From a candidate division FCPU426 bacterium (lineage in GTDB: Bacteria; Oederibacteriota; Muellerivitia; Muellerivitales; Muellerivitaceae), in assembly GCA_963796105.1 (NCBI GenBank), contig CAWCKJ010000002.1, positions 1-64,000 on the forward strand: a DNA stretch of 64,000 nt, read 5' to 3'. The notes below the pieces were generated by a model that was not told the origin of the DNA, searched no databases, and saw only the letters and a list, made by a program, of their open reading frames with translations. Position numbers and translations under genes: made by a program. Position 1 is the stretch's first letter. Every line of letters starts with the position of its first letter. This document shows, in pieces, positions 27,448-37,912 of the stretch.

Positions 27448-28283
27448 AAAAGAAAATCGCAATCATCGGCGTGGGTCTTTTGGGAGGATCCCTGGCCAGG
27501 GACCTGGGGAAAAAAAAGGGCCTGAGCCTGGTGGGTTGGAACCACCGAGCCTCGTCCCGGCGCAAGGCCCGGAGCCTGATGCCTGTGGCCAAAAGTTTCG
27601 AGGAGGCGGTTGGGAACGCCGATGTGGCCCTATTGTGCTCCCACTCGAAGGCTGTGCTGGAGGCCCTGCCTGTTCTGCTGAACCATCCCCATCCGCCCTC
27701 CCTTGTGATGGACGTCTCCAGCGTCAAGAGCCGGATCGCGGAGGGCGCAAGCCGGTTGAGGGGGGCGGCCAAGTTTTTCGTCCCCTGCCATCCCATGGCA
27801 GGCCGGGAAAAGTCGGGAGTCCAATGGGCGGTGCCGGATCTTTACAAGAATAAAATCGTGTTCATTACCCCGCTCAAGGGAACGCCCGCGTCGCTTTTGC
27901 GCAAGGCCGCCACTTTCTGGAAGGGAGTCGGGGGAATTCCGGTCGTCTTGAAAGCCTCCCGTCATGACCGTTATGTGGCGCTTACAAGCCATCTGCCGCA
28001 CCTCTTGGCCTCCGCCCTGGTGAATCTTTTCGAGGATCACGCTGTCCGGGACCCAGGGTACCGAAGGGCAGTGGGAAGCGGCTTCAGGGATTTGACCCGC
28101 ATCGCCGGTGGAAACCCCTCCATGTGGGCGGATATCCTGGCCATGAACCGGGATGAGGTCAGGGTCTTTTTAAGGCAATACCTCTCCCGTCTGAAAATCC
28201 TTTCAAAGGCCCTGGGGACGCGTAAACCCTCCGCCTGGAAAAAGTATTTCGAGTTGACCCGAAGGAGAAGGGAGGCCTTGTGA
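27444..28283 (+). CDS. tyrA: Prephenate dehydrogenase
   Basis: GVGLLGGS, DVSSVK, HPMAG, HD..VA.TSHLPH, GFRDLTRIA. Confidence 0.93.
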   Translation: MKKKIAIIGVGLLGGSLARDLGKKKGLSLVGWNHRASSRRKARSLMPVAKSFEEAVGNADVALLCSHSKAVLEALPVLLNHPHPPSLVMDVSSVKSRIAEGASRLRGAAKFFVPCHPMAGREKSGVQWAVPDLYKNKIVFITPLKGTPASLLRKAATFWKGVGGIPVVLKASRHDRYVALTSHLPHLLASALVNLFEDHAVRDPGYRRAVGSGFRDLTRIAGGNPSMWADILAMNRDEVRVFLRQYLSRLKILSKALGTRKPSAWKKYFELTRRRREAL

Positions 28284-29575
28284 AAAAGCTGGTCATACAT
28301 CCCGTCAAGGCGCTTCGGGGGACCCTGGAGATTCCCGGCGACAAATCCGTTTCTCACCGCTCCATCATACTGGGGTCCCTGGCTACCGGAACTACCCGTA
28401 TCCGGCATTTCCTCGCGTCCGAGGACTGCCTGGCTACCCTCAAGATATTCCAAAGCATGGGCGTGAGTATCAAGCGCTCCGGGGACCGGGTGACCATCCA
28501 GGGTAAGGGGTTGAATTCCCTCAAGCCATCCCGGAAAATCCTCGACGCCGGAAATTCCGGCACGACAGCCCGCATCCTACTGGGCCTGTTGGCGGGACAG
28601 CCCTTCAAGAGCAGGCTCACGGGGGACGAGTCCCTCCGCAAGCGCCCCATGAGGCGCGTGGTGGAGCCGCTCCTGAAAATGGGGGCCCGCGTCACGGGGC
28701 CCAACGAGGCGAACTTCCTGCCCTTGGAATTAGAGACCCGCAGGCTCCACGGCATCAAGTACCGCCTGCCGGTGGCCAGCGCCCAGGTTAAAAGCGCCCT
28801 TCTCCTGGCTGGCCTTTTCGCTGAGGGAACCACCACCGTGGAGGAGCCGATCGCCACCCGCGACCATACCGAGAGGATGTTCAGTTCTTTCTCGATACCA
28901 TTCCTCAGGAAGGGGACTTCCATCACGGTCAAGGGGCCCGCGGCGCCTTTTCGGGGATGCGAGATCCAGGTGCCGGGGGATATTTCCTCCGCGGCTTTTT
29001 TCATTACTGCCGCCCTTCTAGCGCCGGGGCCGGGCGTGCTTTTACGCAACGTGGGCATGAACCCCACCCGGACGGGTTTTCTCGAGGTATTGGCCAGGAT
29101 GGGCGCCAAGATCCAGTTTCGACGGAAGGCAATGAAAAAAGGGGCTGAGCCGGTGGGGGACTTATTTATCCGGCCCTCCAAATTGAAGGCCGTAAGGGTG
29201 GATGGGGAAGTCGTGCCCCGAATGATTGACGAGTTTCCCGTGTTCGCCGTGGCCGCCACACAGGCCCGGGGCACGACCGTGGTCCGCAACGCCGAGGACC
29301 TCAAAGTCAAGGAGTCGGACCGCATCCTCATGATGTCCATCACCCTGAGGAAAATGGGGGCGAACATCGAGCCTAAGGACGACGGATGGATAATCCAGGG
29401 TCCCACGCCCCTGAGGGGAAACTCCTTCTCCTCCGGGGGGGACCACCGCGTGGCCATGTCCCTGGCTGTGGCGGGTTTGATCGCCGAGGGTCCCACTACC
29501 ATCCTGGACACGGAGAATATCGACACCTCCTTCCCCGAGTTCGAAGGTTATCTCGAAAAAATCTCGGTCTTTTGA
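28280..29575 (+). CDS. aroA: EPSP synthase
   Basis: PGDKSVSHR, GNSGTT, ASAQVKS, RDHTE, KESDR, DHRVAM. Confidence 0.97.
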   Translation: MKKLVIHPVKALRGTLEIPGDKSVSHRSIILGSLATGTTRIRHFLASEDCLATLKIFQSMGVSIKRSGDRVTIQGKGLNSLKPSRKILDAGNSGTTARILLGLLAGQPFKSRLTGDESLRKRPMRRVVEPLLKMGARVTGPNEANFLPLELETRRLHGIKYRLPVASAQVKSALLLAGLFAEGTTTVEEPIATRDHTERMFSSFSIPFLRKGTSITVKGPAAPFRGCEIQVPGDISSAAFFITAALLAPGPGVLLRNVGMNPTRTGFLEVLARMGAKIQFRRKAMKKGAEPVGDLFIRPSKLKAVRVDGEVVPRMIDEFPVFAVAATQARGTTVVRNAEDLKVKESDRILMMSITLRKMGANIEPKDDGWIIQGPTPLRGNSFSSGGDHRVAMSLAVAGLIAEGPTTILDTENIDTSFPEFEGYLEKISVF

Positions 29576-29603
29576 TTGCTTGAGGGCCGGAAAAGGAACC
29601 ATC

Positions 29604-30293
29604 GTGAAACCACCCATCATCGTGGCCATGGACGGGCCCGCCGGCGCGGGAAAAAGTACCGTCGCCAAAAGCCTGGCCCGGAAACTGGGTTACCTTCATA
29701 TTGACACGGGCGCCATGTACCGTTGCGTCACCCTGGCCGCCTTGCGTTTGAAGGCGGATTTGGGGGATGACGGGATACTAAAAAAAATCGCTGAAGATTG
29801 CCGAATCGAACTGACGCCTGGAGAACCGGAGATCCGGGTTTATCTGAACGGCGAGGATGTCAGCCGTGAAATCCGCGTACCTGAAGTGACAGAGGCATCG
29901 CGCTATATCGCCAACTCAGTTCCGGTGAGGAAAATCCTGGTGGCCCGCCAACAGCAGATGGGCCGAAACGACAGCGCCCCCTTCGGAGGGGCAGTCTTGG
30001 AGGGCCGGGATATCGGAACGGATGTTTTTCCGGACGCGCAGTACAAGTTCTTCCTCGACGCTTCCGTGGAAACCAGGGCCCAAAGGCGCTTCCGGGACCT
30101 TTTGAGGTCTGGAGTTCAAACCACCCTGGCGGAGGTTCTGGCGGACGTGAAGGCCCGCGACGAGAGGGATTACAACCGGCCCGTGGGCGGGCTCCGCAAG
30201 ACGCCTGAATCCATCATCATGGACCATTCCACCTTGAGCGTGGAGGAATCCGCCGAGGCACTATTCCAATACATCGAAAAACACCCGAAATAA
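29604..30293 (+). CDS. cmk: Cytidylate kinase
   Basis: DGPAGAGKST, DTGAMYR, EGRDIGT, RDERD. GTG start follows AAGGA. Confidence 0.95.
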   Translation: MKPPIIVAMDGPAGAGKSTVAKSLARKLGYLHIDTGAMYRCVTLAALRLKADLGDDGILKKIAEDCRIELTPGEPEIRVYLNGEDVSREIRVPEVTEASRYIANSVPVRKILVARQQQMGRNDSAPFGGAVLEGRDIGTDVFPDAQYKFFLDASVETRAQRRFRDLLRSGVQTTLAEVLADVKARDERDYNRPVGGLRKTPESIIMDHSTLSVEESAEALFQYIEKHPK

Positions 30294-30394
30294 CCGTCCT
30301 GCCAAATGGTTGAGCGGGTCCTTTCAGGCCGGTATGATGGTTGCAATTCCTTTTATCCAGGTTTAGACATTCCTGATCGAACGGCATCGGATCC

Positions 30395-31435
30395 ATGGCC
30401 AACGAGATTGAAAATAAAAAAAATTATTTCCGGGTCGGAAAAATCTTCGCTCTTTATTGGATTCTCCTGATAGGGTTGGGAACCGGCTGGGCCTGCCGGT
30501 ATTTCGGGGCTTCCTGGGAGGCGGCCTTGGCCTCCGGCTTCGTCTCAGCGGCGATACTCCCGGTTTCCTGGCGTTTCGTCTGGAGGAAATCACAGGCGGG
30601 GCTTCTACTGGAACTTCAGGATTTCCTTCTGAGGTGCCATATCCTTCCTAGCGACTACAAGATCGTCCATCGGATCCATCCCTCAGCCGTCCAAACGAAG
30701 AAAAAAGAGCTGATGGATACAGGGTACCAGGCCTTCAGCGAGAGCGAAAAGAAGCTCCACGAGACCCGCCACATCCTGGACAAGTTCGTGGGGACCAAGG
30801 CCTCCATCTTCGCCACGGCGAAGGGGGGAAAGGCAGTGTGGGAGGGGGAGTTGACGAGGGCCATCGTTATGTTCTCGGACGTCCGGGGTTTTACAGCCCT
30901 TTCCGAGAAACTCAAGCCCCAGGAGACGGTCCGCTACCTGAACCGGATGTTCACAGAGCTGGAGGAAGTCATCACCTTTTCAGGCGGGGAGATTAACAAA
31001 TACATGGGGGATTCCATCATGGCCTTTTTTCCCTTTCCGGAGGAGAACCCCCTGCCCGAGGTGAAAAAAGCCCTATTGGCGGCCCTCCAGATGCAGGACC
31101 AGTTCCACCGGATCGAGGCCACCTTCAAGAATGTCTATAGCGAAACAGTCGAGACGGGGCTGGGCATGGGGCTCGTCGGGGGGAACGTGATCCTGGGCAA
31201 CCTGGGCTCGGCCAGGCGCATGGAATTCACGGTCATCGGGGACACGGTCAATTTCGCGTCGCGGCTTTGTTCCATCGCGGGGGACGGGCAGATCCTAGTC
31301 AACCAGGATCTGGCTTTCGTCGCAGGCGATACCTTCCGGATTGAGGAGCTTGCCCCCGTGCACATCAAGGGCAAAACCGGTACCCATATCCCTTACTCGG
31401 TCCTGGGGGAAAGGCTTCAGCCAGGCCTGGCTTGA
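30395..31435 (+). CDS. Membrane-anchored class III adenylate/guanylate cyclase
   Basis: FSDVRGFT, KYMGD, EFTVIGDTVNFASRL; two N-terminal TM segments. Confidence 0.92.
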   Translation: MANEIENKKNYFRVGKIFALYWILLIGLGTGWACRYFGASWEAALASGFVSAAILPVSWRFVWRKSQAGLLLELQDFLLRCHILPSDYKIVHRIHPSAVQTKKKELMDTGYQAFSESEKKLHETRHILDKFVGTKASIFATAKGGKAVWEGELTRAIVMFSDVRGFTALSEKLKPQETVRYLNRMFTELEEVITFSGGEINKYMGDSIMAFFPFPEENPLPEVKKALLAALQMQDQFHRIEATFKNVYSETVETGLGMGLVGGNVILGNLGSARRMEFTVIGDTVNFASRLCSIAGDGQILVNQDLAFVAGDTFRIEELAPVHIKGKTGTHIPYSVLGERLQPGLA

Positions 31436-31473
31436 GGCGCGTGCTTTAAACGGCCAAACATAATGAAGGAAAT

Positions 31474-31508
31474 AAAAAAAACGCCGGGGACAGCCCCGGC
31501 GTTTTTTT
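31474..31508. terminator. Bidirectional rho-independent terminator
   Basis: A-run, CGCCGGGG-aca-g-CCCCGGCG, T-run, between convergent genes. Confidence 0.85.
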
Positions 31509-31518
31509 GTTTGATGCA

Positions 31519-31836
31519 TTATTTTTTTGAATTGGCGAATTCCACGGACTGCCTCAGTTCGTCCAGGGCCCCGTTGATGGCCTGGATGGCCTGGAGCTTG
31601 TGGCCGCCGAAATCATCCGCTGCCGCCCAAAGGGTGTGCTTGGCGTTGCGAAGCTGTTGGGCCGCCTTCCAGATCATGGGATGGATATGGCCCCTGTCCT
31701 TAAAATGGAAATGGGCTTCATCATCCACTCCGACATTAACGCTCAAATTGATTCCATCCGCCCGGGAAAGCGCCGGGGCAAACAACATCACGATTAGACC
31801 CATCGACATGAAAAGCCACATCAAATTCTTTTTCAT
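31519..31836 (-). CDS. Small secreted helical protein
   Basis: Signal peptide; HP.I..A...L..A...L..A.DDFGGHK..A..AI..A; ATG at 31836 follows GGAGG. Confidence 0.75.
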   Translation of the reverse strand: MKKNLMWLFMSMGLIVMLFAPALSRADGINLSVNVGVDDEAHFHFKDRGHIHPMIWKAAQQLRNAKHTLWAAADDFGGHKLQAIQAINGALDELRQSVEFANSKK

Positions 31837-31894
31837 CCTTGTCTCCTCCATTTGATTTTATAAAAACCAAGCCTTAAGGGTTTGGTAACCTTTC

Positions 31895-31921
31895 GACGCC
31901 CCAGGGTCCTTGAAAGTTTCA
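31895..31921 (-). promoter_or_regulatory. Putative ECF sigma promoter
   Basis: Minus strand TGAAAC-N17-CGTC. Confidence 0.55.
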
Positions 31922-31966
31922 TGGCTGAAAAAAGGTCCGGTTCCATGCGTCATTTAAAATCATCAC

Positions 31967-32428
31967 TTGCCTTGCGATTTTGCGAGTCTCATGCGTAGGG
32001 TAAGGCAAGGAATGGAGGCCGATGTGGGACCGCGTGGAAAGGAAAACGAACCACCCTTACTGCTCTTCGACGGCGATTGCGGCTTATGCACCGGATTGGC
32101 GGGGATTATTCAGAATGCTGCCAGGGGCCGGAAGATCATTTTTGAGCTGCTGCAATCGGCGAAATCGAAAAAAGCACTCTCGCGTTACGGTCTAGAAACG
32201 GGAAAAAGGGATTCCATCGTCCTGATCCGGGAAAACCGGGTTTATCTCAAATCGGACGCGGTTTTGGGTGTTCTGGAGATGATCAGGAGCGTGCTGGGCT
32301 TGCTCAGTTTCTTAAGGCTGGTTCCCAGTCCTACCCGAAACTGGGCTTATGGCTGGGTAGCCCGGAACCGTGGTTTATTCCGGAAAAGCCCGACCTGCCG
32401 GGCGCCTTTTTCCAAAACTGCGGGATAA
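31967..32428 (+). CDS. DCC1-like thiol-disulfide oxidoreductase (DUF393)
   Basis: LFDGDCGLC, SDAV, Y.WVARNR. The start is probably downstream of 31967. Confidence 0.88.
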   Translation: MPCDFASLMRRVRQGMEADVGPRGKENEPPLLLFDGDCGLCTGLAGIIQNAARGRKIIFELLQSAKSKKALSRYGLETGKRDSIVLIRENRVYLKSDAVLGVLEMIRSVLGLLSFLRLVPSPTRNWAYGWVARNRGLFRKSPTCRAPFSKTAG

Positions 32429-32429
32429 G

Positions 32430-33032
32430 CTATTCGCATGGCCGGATCTTGCGCCGGGTCGAGGCAAACTCCGCCTTGATCCTTTTCATTTCATCGGTCA
32501 GCTGTTTGACGCGTTTGGAGTCGGTGTTGCTCTTTTCGATCTCGCTCTCCAGTTCGACCCTTTTGATATGCAGGGGATAGGACTTGTGGAGGGAATTGAA
32601 GAATTTTAATAATTCAGGGTCGCAATGGTCGGGTTGCAGGGTCATCAGGTTCAAGGCGTTCGCCAGGGCCACCTCCATGAAATCCTGCTTGAGGCCGGGA
32701 TTCATCCCGATGTAGCGGTTGAACTCCCGGATGCCGGTCAGGTACATTTCCTTGGCCCGGTCATCCCGCTTGCGCTGGTAGAAGCGCCCCATCAGGTAGA
32801 AGAACTCGGGGTCAAAAATTTCCGAAAAGCCGTTCTTCTCGAACCATTCGACCGCCTCCAGGGTTTCGGCGCTCGTTTCCTTCGTGAAATGCCGGCGCAG
32901 GCAGATCTTGGTGAACTTCACCCTGAGGCCGATGTCATCCGGGATTTTATTGAGAGTTTCCCGGTATTGAAGTTCCTCAGCCGTTTGGGGGTTTTTTTTG
33001 AATTTATTGATAAGAGAAGTAAAGAAACCCAC
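32430..33032 (-). CDS. Hypothetical TPR-like helical protein
   Basis: GTG start; helical and charged; TPR-like YLMGRFYQ. Confidence 0.6.
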   Translation of the reverse strand: MGFFTSLINKFKKNPQTAEELQYRETLNKIPDDIGLRVKFTKICLRRHFTKETSAETLEAVEWFEKNGFSEIFDPEFFYLMGRFYQRKRDDRAKEMYLTGIREFNRYIGMNPGLKQDFMEVALANALNLMTLQPDHCDPELLKFFNSLHKSYPLHIKRVELESEIEKSNTDSKRVKQLTDEMKRIKAEFASTRRKIRPCE

Positions 33033-33225
33033 GTTCGAAGCCTCCGATCCTGCCCAAGCAGTGTAGCAGGGTTTTGAGGAGACTTATTATAGGGCCATAC
33101 GGGTAATTAGTATTTTAAAAGTGGGATTGGCCCTTTAAATGTGAAAAAGCTTTGTATTCTCGGCTGTTTTTCCCCGCATTTTGGCCGTTAAAATGGGCAG
33201 GAAGGGATTCCAAGCCGCGGGTATA

Positions 33226-34221
33226 TCAATAAGTGTTAGGCCCGAAAATTTGGATGTTGTCCCTGTCGTAGTCGCCCACGTAAATATTGCCGTTGAACAG
33301 GAGCAGGGCGTTCGGCCCCGAGAAGGGTGTGGCGGACCCGAAATTCCCGTTCATCTCGCTGATAAGCGCCCCGCCGTTGGTATAGACATCCACCACGCCC
33401 CGGTCGTAGTCGGCGACATAGATGTTCCCGCTTCCATCCACCGACAGGCTGAAGGAGGGCCAGTTGTCGTTGTTGGAGAAGATATTCCAGCTGGTGGCGG
33501 TCCCGGTGATGGAGGGAAGCTCCCAGACCTTGAAATTGCCCGCGTCAAGCACGTAAAGGTTGTTGGAGGTGTCCAGGGCCACGGCCGCGGGCCAGAAATT
33601 CCGGTTGTTACCGGCGTTCCACACTCCCAAGGTGGCGCCGCCGGAGGCGAATTCCTCCACCTGGTAGTTATCCATATCCGCGACATAGACGTTGCCGTTG
33701 GAATCCAAGGCGATGCCAGCGGGGCTGTTGAAGCTGGTGGATCCGTATCCGGTCCAGGAGGTAATCCCTGTCCCGGAGGAGGATGGACCGAACTCGTAAA
33801 CCGCGGCTCCGGTGGTTCCCTCGTCCCTGGGGTTCCCTGCGTCCAGGACATAGACATTTCCAGTGGTGTTATTCACGGCTACGCCTGAGGGAATGTAAAA
33901 AGGCTTGGTCCCATATCCCGCCCATTGAGCCACGGAGGCGTTGGTTCCCGAGTCGAAAAGCTGGATTTGGCTGACTGAGGCCGCGTCGCCCTCGGCCGCG
34001 TAGATGTAACCGTTGCCCGCGGCCATGCCATTGGGGGCGCTGGCTTGCCAGCTGGAAATGAAGGGAGGGGTGGGCGACTGGGTAGGGGCAATCGTGGGGT
34101 TGGAGACGACGACAGGCCCGCTGCCGCCGTAGTAAGGGTTCAAGGGAATCGTGTTGTTCACGCAGGACCAGGAAAGAATGAGGGAGGCCGCCAGGGCCAG
34201 AAGTGAGAGTGTTTTTTTCAT
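33226..34221 (-). CDS. NHL-repeat lipoprotein
   Basis: Signal with Cys; repeated P.GIALDSNGNVYVAD. Confidence 0.85.
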   Translation of the reverse strand: MKKTLSLLALAASLILSWSCVNNTIPLNPYYGGSGPVVVSNPTIAPTQSPTPPFISSWQASAPNGMAAGNGYIYAAEGDAASVSQIQLFDSGTNASVAQWAGYGTKPFYIPSGVAVNNTTGNVYVLDAGNPRDEGTTGAAVYEFGPSSSGTGITSWTGYGSTSFNSPAGIALDSNGNVYVADMDNYQVEEFASGGATLGVWNAGNNRNFWPAAVALDTSNNLYVLDAGNFKVWELPSITGTATSWNIFSNNDNWPSFSLSVDGSGNIYVADYDRGVVDVYTNGGALISEMNGNFGSATPFSGPNALLLFNGNIYVGDYDRDNIQIFGPNTY

Positions 34222-34267
34222 TTTGCGCCTCGAATAGGATGCGGGATTTTCAATCCATTATCTTTTA

Positions 34268-34294
34268 GACGATGCTGCCGGGTTAAAAGTTACG
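34268..34294 (-). promoter_or_regulatory. Putative ECF sigma promoter
   Basis: Minus strand CGTAAC-N17-CGTC(TAA); same spacing as the motif at 31895-31921. Confidence 0.55.
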
Positions 34295-34341
34295 CTTTTT
34301 GGGTATCCAATTTCAACTGGGTTACCATACCCCGGTCGTAT

Positions 34342-34393
34342 AAAAAAAGAAAGGCGCGGAACCCGGGGGTATTACCGCCGGGTATCGCGCCTT
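34342..34393 (-). terminator. Rho-independent terminator
   Basis: AAGGCGCG..ACCCGG/CCGGGT..CGCGCCTT stem, followed by a U-tract on the minus strand. Confidence 0.7.
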
Positions 34394-34412
34394 AACAAAC
34401 CATCCGGAGGGG

Positions 34413-34865
34413 TTAAAGCAAAGCGTTGATGTTAGACCCCGAGCTCGACCCGAAATTGGCCAGGTCGTTGTTCACCAGCATTTGGGCCTGCAAAGCCAGG
34501 GCGCTATTCATGTTGGTGGCCGATTGGGTGCTGGAGGTTGGCGTGGAAACTATCCCCAACTGCTGTTCCAGCTGGCTCACCTGCGCCGACACCGAGCCCA
34601 GGTCCGAGGCGAGTGAGTTGGTGGAGCTTAAAAGCGAATCAGTTGAATCCGTTCCCGAGACCGCGTCATAAAGGGTGGTCATGTTGTCGTATTCGACCGC
34701 TAAAAAAGCGTCTTCCATCTTCTGGGCGGGTGTCGTGGCCTGGCTCATGGCTTGGCTGAAAATGGAACTGAAAGGGGTGGCCCCCCCCAGCAAGGACCCC
34801 GCCGAGCCGGAAGATAAAAGATCGTTCAACGCGCTGGAGCTGATGTTGTTTAAACCGTTAAGCAT
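34413..34865 (-). CDS. Ser-rich hypothetical protein (150 aa)
   Basis: ATG at 34865 with GGAGG RBS; the ORF-track start at 35054 overlaps the divergent gene. Confidence 0.65.
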   Translation of the reverse strand: MLNGLNNISSSALNDLLSSGSAGSLLGGATPFSSIFSQAMSQATTPAQKMEDAFLAVEYDNMTTLYDAVSGTDSTDSLLSSTNSLASDLGSVSAQVSQLEQQLGIVSTPTSSTQSATNMNSALALQAQMLVNNDLANFGSSSGSNINALL

Positions 34866-35036
34866 GGGATACCTCCTGATGTTCTTAATATCCCTAACGG
34901 CATTTTTAGGATTTCCTGAAGGGGAAAAACAAATGCGGTTTGTTGCTTTAAATGGTCGAATAACCCTATAACTATGGGCGGGTATTCGGGGTAAAATGGC
35001 GCTTATCCGCTGTACGCGGCCAAAGGGAGGCAGGCT

Positions 35037-35873
35037 ATGTTTTGGGTGGACCACGAGAGAATAGTCCGGTTACTTTGTTTCTTGGTTGTATTCGGCCTAA
35101 TGGCCTATTGGGAGCTCAAGACAACTCTCCGCGCTCCCTCCGCCCCCAGGAAAGTCCGGTGGAACGGCAATTTATGCCTCACGGTATTGAACACCCTGGT
35201 CATCCGGCTTTTGTTCCCTGGCGCGGGCCTCTGGGCCGCCCTCTGGGCCTCCCGCCACGGGTTAGGCCTTTTCAACAAGATCGAGGAACCTGGCGTCTTC
35301 GCGGTCCTCTTCACGCTGGTTTTCCTGGACTGGGTGGTGTATTACCTGCACCGGGCCTACCATGCCTTGCCGTTTTTCTGGAAATTCCACCGCGTGCACC
35401 ACTCGGATACCGAGCTGGATGTCTCCACGGGTGTGAGGTTCCATCCCGTTGAGATGTTGTTTACCATGCTGTTCAAATCCGCCTTCATCATTATTCTCGG
35501 GGCCCCCTTGGAGGGAGTCCTGCTTTACGAGGTTCTCTTTAATATCTCCTCTCTTTTCAGCCATGGGAACGTGGGCGTCAAGCCGGCCCTGGAGAAGTCA
35601 CTGCGCCATGTGTTCGTGACTCCTGAGATGCACTTGGTGCACCATTCTGCTGTTCCCGCTGAAACCAACAGCAATTTCGGGTTCGTTTTTTCCATTTGGG
35701 ATAAGTTCTTGGGGACTTACAAGGCCCAGACGGAGGCCCCGCCGGAGGCGGTGAAAATCGGATTGGAAAATTTCAGGGAGCCGGCGTACCAAAGGATTGG
35801 CCCGCTTTTACTGATGCCTTTTTACGACAAACAGGGGTTCATTTCTTTCAAGAACCTGATCCGCCGCGATTAA
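35037..35873 (+). CDS. Sterol desaturase / fatty acid hydroxylase family protein
   Basis: HRAYH, FHRVHHSD, RFHP, FSHGN, HLVHHS, NSNFG..WD. Confidence 0.93.
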   Translation: MFWVDHERIVRLLCFLVVFGLMAYWELKTTLRAPSAPRKVRWNGNLCLTVLNTLVIRLLFPGAGLWAALWASRHGLGLFNKIEEPGVFAVLFTLVFLDWVVYYLHRAYHALPFFWKFHRVHHSDTELDVSTGVRFHPVEMLFTMLFKSAFIIILGAPLEGVLLYEVLFNISSLFSHGNVGVKPALEKSLRHVFVTPEMHLVHHSAVPAETNSNFGFVFSIWDKFLGTYKAQTEAPPEAVKIGLENFREPAYQRIGPLLLMPFYDKQGFISFKNLIRRD

Positions 35874-35885
35874 AGGCGGCTGGCC

Positions 35886-36458
35886 TCAGTACCGGCTTCT
35901 TTTTTTGATGAGTGCTTTCATGTTCCCGTTTGTACGGGTTTTACCGGTGAAGCTGAGAAAGCTTACTATCAGGCTGATAACGCAAAGAACGTACAAGGGG
36001 ATCAGTCTCATCGATCCCTTCGAGCCGGTCAGTTCCATCTTTTGTTTCATTTCATCCAGCCGGCCTTGTAATTTCCCCAATTGAGTCCTGAAGTCATTCT
36101 CTTCCCCGGCGCTCATCCGCGCCGAATCCCCGCTGTTTAGCGCCGGGACGGTTGACTTCGGGGCTTTTCCGCCGATCCAAATGACGGTTTTTCTGGAACG
36201 GTCTTTCTCAACCGTGAGTTTCTCCAAAAGATTTTTTGAGTTTTTATCATTCGGGTCCTTCTCCAGGGATTTTGCCGTCAAAAGGATGGCCTGGTCATAT
36301 TTGCCCCCCAAGTAGGCCGCCAAAGCCTGGTGGTACAAAATATTCGCCTCGGAGGAGCGCGCCGGGGAAGGCGCGGGTGTTTGGGCGTTTAGGAAACTAA
36401 AGCCGAATAACGCGATCCCCCCGGCCAAAGTCCATTGGATGAGGGGTGTTTTTCTCAT
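35886..36458 (-). CDS. Secreted TPR / coiled-coil protein with a C-terminal TM anchor
   Basis: Signal peptide (LNAQ), single TPR, coiled coil, C-terminal hydrophobic segment with a basic tail; overlaps the upstream stop. Confidence 0.7.
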   Translation of the reverse strand: MRKTPLIQWTLAGGIALFGFSFLNAQTPAPSPARSSEANILYHQALAAYLGGKYDQAILLTAKSLEKDPNDKNSKNLLEKLTVEKDRSRKTVIWIGGKAPKSTVPALNSGDSARMSAGEENDFRTQLGKLQGRLDEMKQKMELTGSKGSMRLIPLYVLCVISLIVSFLSFTGKTRTNGNMKALIKKRSRY

Positions 36459-37912
36459 GGGATCAGGCCCTCGTGGCGCGCGGATTCCAGCTTGCGCAAA
36501 AGGTCCCTGATCTCGTAATTATTTTGGTCCAATTCCTCGGCTTTCCTGGCCGCTTGAAGCGCTTCCTGGTAATGGTATTGGTTGAAGGATTGGAGGCCGT
36601 CCTCGTAGAAATGCCGGGCCTCCAGGCTCATGGGCCTGGGCGTGGTGGTCCATTCCTCGCAGGAATATTTTTCCTCATCCCCGACCAGGGAGCGCACCAC
36701 CAAGTGGTAACGGACCCCGTTTTTCGCCCCCCTTAAAAGGCAGTAATTGTTTTTTAGCGGGGCTTTTTTCGCCGGGTGGAAATCCTTCTCGCCGTCGGTT
36801 TTTAAATAAACCACATATCCATCCGCGCTGCTTCCCTGGGGTATTTCCCACTTTAAATAGACGCATTGGTCTCCCACATAGGATTCCACGACACGGGGTT
36901 TGGGGGTTGGTTTGGAGCCGGCGTTGTCGAATACCCAGCTGAAGGCGATCCTGTGGCTGTTTCCGAGGTTATCCGCGTGGTCCATGTAGGCGTAATCCAC
37001 CGACCAATGGGCGGAGCGGTAGCTGGCGCCCAGGCTGAAATCCCCCGGCAGGGTCACGAAGCTGGTGAAGCCGGCCCTGATTCCAAGGCGCCCGTCGAGG
37101 AACCAGTGCTCCAGGCCCGCCCGGACCCGGACGTATTGGTTGTTGAGAAGGGGATCGTTCGAGAGGGTCCAGGGCAAATCAAACTCCAGAAGCGTCTCGG
37201 GGTCGAAACAAAACGCGAGGCCGGGGGTCAGGATGGGAGGCACGGTCTGCTCGACGCCGGATTGGTCGAACCGGACCGAGGTGGAGAGGTCGGTTAAAAC
37301 CAGGCCCGCCCGGAACTCCATGCTGTTCTTCAGCGCCCGCCGGTACAGGAAGCCGATGTCGGCCGCCACGCCTTGCGACGTCCCATTGCCGGACCCGAGA
37401 TCGGCGTACAGGTAGCGGATGTTCAAACCGGTAAAAAGCCGGTTCTCCTGGGTGTCCATCAGGGGAATGGCGGCGGAGGCGGTGTACTGGTCCTCATGCG
37501 AGCCGGGAATATCGCTGTAAAACAAGTTGTTCGCGCTGATGCCCAAATGAATATTGTCCTGGAGTGGATACTCGAAGGAGAGGTAGAGATTCTCGTTTTT
37601 GCCGTTGAAAAGCGACCCGTAGTTGCCCTGTAGCTCGGGGCTGTCCAGTTGGGCCAGGCCCGCCGGGTTCCAGTAGGCCGCGCTCGGGTCATCCGCGGCG
37701 GCGGTGAAGGCCCCCGCCATCCCCATCGCGCGGGTCCCGACTCCCAGTTCCCCGCCCCTGTCGAAGAGGGCGTGGAGCGGGGAGATGAGTCCCAGGAAGA
37801 ACACCGCCGCGGCGGAAAATAACAAGAGCCTTTTTATCACGGGAGATCCTTTAAGCAATGTCAGCATATTCACCTTTTTCACCGTTAACGGGAAATCATT
37901 AATTTTATGCAC
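36455..37912 (-). CDS. PorV/PorQ-family beta-barrel + FN3 + TPR
   Basis: [62 protein letters not shown], then FN3-like and TPR segments. Confidence 0.85.
   Translation of the reverse strand: MHKINDFPLTVKKVNMLTLLKGSPVIKRLLLFSAAAVFFLGLISPLHALFDRGGELGVGTRAMGMAGAFTAAADDPSAAYWNPAGLAQLDSPELQGNYGSLFNGKNENLYLSFEYPLQDNIHLGISANNLFYSDIPGSHEDQYTASAAIPLMDTQENRLFTGLNIRYLYADLGSGNGTSQGVAADIGFLYRRALKNSMEFRAGLVLTDLSTSVRFDQSGVEQTVPPILTPGLAFCFDPETLLEFDLPWTLSNDPLLNNQYVRVRAGLEHWFLDGRLGIRAGFTSFVTLPGDFSLGASYRSAHWSVDYAYMDHADNLGNSHRIAFSWVFDNAGSKPTPKPRVVESYVGDQCVYLKWEIPQGSSADGYVVYLKTDGEKDFHPAKKAPLKNNYCLLRGAKNGVRYHLVVRSLVGDEEKYSCEEWTTTPRPMSLEARHFYEDGLQSFNQYHYQEALQAARKAEELDQNNYEIRDLLRKLESARHEGLIP

Noticed and set aside
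28354..29526. 390-aa minus-strand ORF, and similar long antisense ORFs over argS, glyA and the M16 protease
   Set aside because: They are GC-rich codon shadows of well-supported genes.
34886..34922. Sigma-28-like promoter (TCAG..GCCGTTAG on the minus strand) before the Ser-rich gene
   Set aside because: The spacing is one base short and the -10 is mismatched; too weak to call.
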